In this document: piece after piece, positions 62,247 through 64,000 of the stretch
Layout of the letters: the number at the start of each line of letters is the position of its first letter
Numbering within the stretch: the first letter of the stretch is position 1
NCBI GenBank assembly: GCA_035221665.1
Contig: CM069154.1
Location: 12,400,001 to 12,464,000 of the forward strand
Direction of reading: 5' to 3'
From: Okamejei kenojei
Lineage: Eukaryota
DNA: 64,000 nucleotides
Notes under the pieces: model-generated
Told to the model about the DNA's origin: nothing
What the model saw: only the letters and a program-made list of their open reading frames with translations
The model's database searches: none
Position numbers and translations under genes: made by a program

Positions 62247-63293
62247 AGGTAGACAAAAATGCTGGAGAAACTCAGCGGGTGAGGCAGCATCTATGGAGCG
62301 AAGGAAATAGGCAGCGTTTCGGGTCGAAACCCTTCTTCAGACTGAAGTGAGGGGGGGGGGGGGGTGCGGGATGAAGAAAAGAAGAGGTGGAACCAGTGGG
62401 CTGAGGGAGAGCTGAGCAGGGGAGAAGAAAGTAGGGACTACCTGAAATTAGAGATCAATGTTCACACTGCTGGGGTGTAAACTGCCCAAGCAAAATATGA
62501 GGTGCTCCTCCAATTTACGGTCCTCACTCTGGCCATGGAGGAGGCCCAGGACAGAAAGATCAGATTCGGAATGGGAGGGGGAGTTGAAGTGCTGAGCCAC
62601 CGGGAGATCAAGTTGGTTATTGCGAACTGAGCGGAGGTTTTGGGCGAAGCGATCGCCAAGCCTACACTTGGTCTCACCGATGTAGAGCAGCTGACATCTA
62701 GAGCAGCGGATGCAACAGATATGGTCGGAGGAGGTGCAGGTGAACCTCTGCCGCACCTGGAAAGACTGCTTGGGTCCTTGAATGGTGTCAAGGGGGGAGG
62801 TAAAGCGACAAGTGTAGCATTTCCTGTGGTTGCAAGGGAAGGTGCCCGGAGATGGGTTGGTTCAGGTGGGAAGGGACGAATTGACCAGGGAGTTATGGAG
62901 GGAGCGCTCTCTGCGGAAAGCCGACAGGGGAGGAGATGGGAAGATGTGGCAAGTGGTGGGGTCACGTTGGAGGTAGCAAAAATGTCGGAGGATTATTTGT
63001 TGTACGTGACGGCTGGTAGGGTGGAAGGCGAGGACAAGGGGGACTCTGTCCTTGTTGCGAGTGGGGGGGGATGGGAAGTGAGAGCAGAGTCACGGGGTAT
63101 AGAAGAGACCCTGGTGAGAGCCTCATCTATAGTAGAAGAGTGGAACCCCCGTTCCCAGAAGAATGAGGATATCTCTGATGCCCTGGTGTGGAACACCTCA
63201 TCCTGGGTGCAGATGCGGCGTAGACGAAGGAATTGGGAGTACGGGATTGGAGTCCTTACAGGAAGCAGGGTGGGAAGACGTGTAGTCCAGGTA
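62247..63293 (-). mobile_element. Penelope-like element, 5'-truncated (~1.05 kb; post-RT linker, GIY-YIG, terminal arm), frameshifted
   Basis: LDYTSSHPASCKDS...FHTRASEISSFF; FTCTSSDHICCIRCSRCQLLYIGETKCRLGDRF...HFNSPSH; flanks gcattggtagcaa / gcatttgtagcaa. Confidence 0.92.
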
Positions 63294-63756
63294 GCATTTG
63301 TAGCAAGCTTCCTTTCTTAGTATTTATCTCACCCAGCATATTACGTGAAGCTGTGGGGAATGCATGTGGGAGATCGCTGCCTTTTTTTTCTCGGCTCTCA
63401 ACATAATCTCCCCATTCTACACACCACCCTCCTCCCCGCTACGATTTGCCTTCTTGTAATTGTTTCCAGTCCGCTTTTGTCAGTCTGACAAAACTGAGCT
63501 CACTAAAACCAGATGGATACAAAATGCTGGAGTAACTCAGCGGGTCAGGCAGCATCTCGGGAGAAATGGAATGGGTGATGTTTCAGCTCGGAACCCTACT
63601 TCAGACTGAAAGATGGAGAAGGCCAGGACAGAACAGGGCCAGCAACAGATGACCTCTGGAAGGGTGGAGTCCATAATGGCGCATTGTTGGCTGGGGAAGA
63701 TTAATAAAGACAGGGATACAAGGAGGTAAACAGTGGAAGTAGTAAGAACTAGTAGT

Positions 63757-64000
63757 CACGGTGGCGCAGCGGTAGAGTTGCTGCCTTACAGCGAATGCAG
63801 CGCCGGAGATCCGGGTTCCATCCCGATTGGGCGTGCTGTCTGCAGGCAGTTTATACATTCTCCCCGTGACCTGTGTAGGTTTTGTCGGAGATCTTCGGTT
63901 TCCTCCCACATTCCAAAGACGTACAGGTTTGTAGGGTAATTGGCTTGGTAAATGTCTTTTTTTTTAATTGTCCCCAGTTGATGTAGGATAGTGTTCATGT
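63757..64000 (+). mobile_element. HE1-type V-SINE (extended-head variant), cut by window end
   Basis: CACGGTGGCGCAGCGGTAGAG...CAGCGAATGCAGCGCC, V-domain. Confidence 0.85.

Noticed and set aside
62640-63320. 226-aa plus-strand ORF
   Set aside because: Antisense to the Penelope coding remnant
60182-64000. Next DENND2C exon (expected ILDEVE...RR)
   Set aside because: Not found on reading; presumably beyond the window

Overview
Vertebrate genomic DNA from a cartilaginous fish, probably a skate or ray, judged from HE1-type V-SINEs with (CTAAA)n tails and CR1/HER1 and Penelope repeats. The window holds the 5' part of a + strand DENND2-family Rab GEF gene, best matching DENND2C. I traced 11 phase-compatible GT-AG coding exons from 27492 to 60181 (2172 nt, 724 codons, ending inside the uDENN region); the gene continues past the window. 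The rest is intronic or upstream DNA dense in repeats: about 30 HE1 SINEs, more than 30 Penelope-derived end fragments or fold-back elements carrying a minimal hammerhead-ribozyme-like core, CR1 and Rex1-type LINE tails, Harbinger-type and hAT-type MITEs with clear TSDs, a Gypsy LTR-PBS-gag stub, and one assembly gap. Highlights are the hammerhead-bearing fold-back elements and a possible SINE-hammerhead chimera, an ST5/DENND2B-like upstream coding exon with an overlapping uORF, a large symmetric exon flanked by complementary repeats, and a retro-insertion that displaced a branch point. Family assignments and human-protein comparisons are from recall, not database searches. Repeat boundaries are approximate unless TSDs are given.
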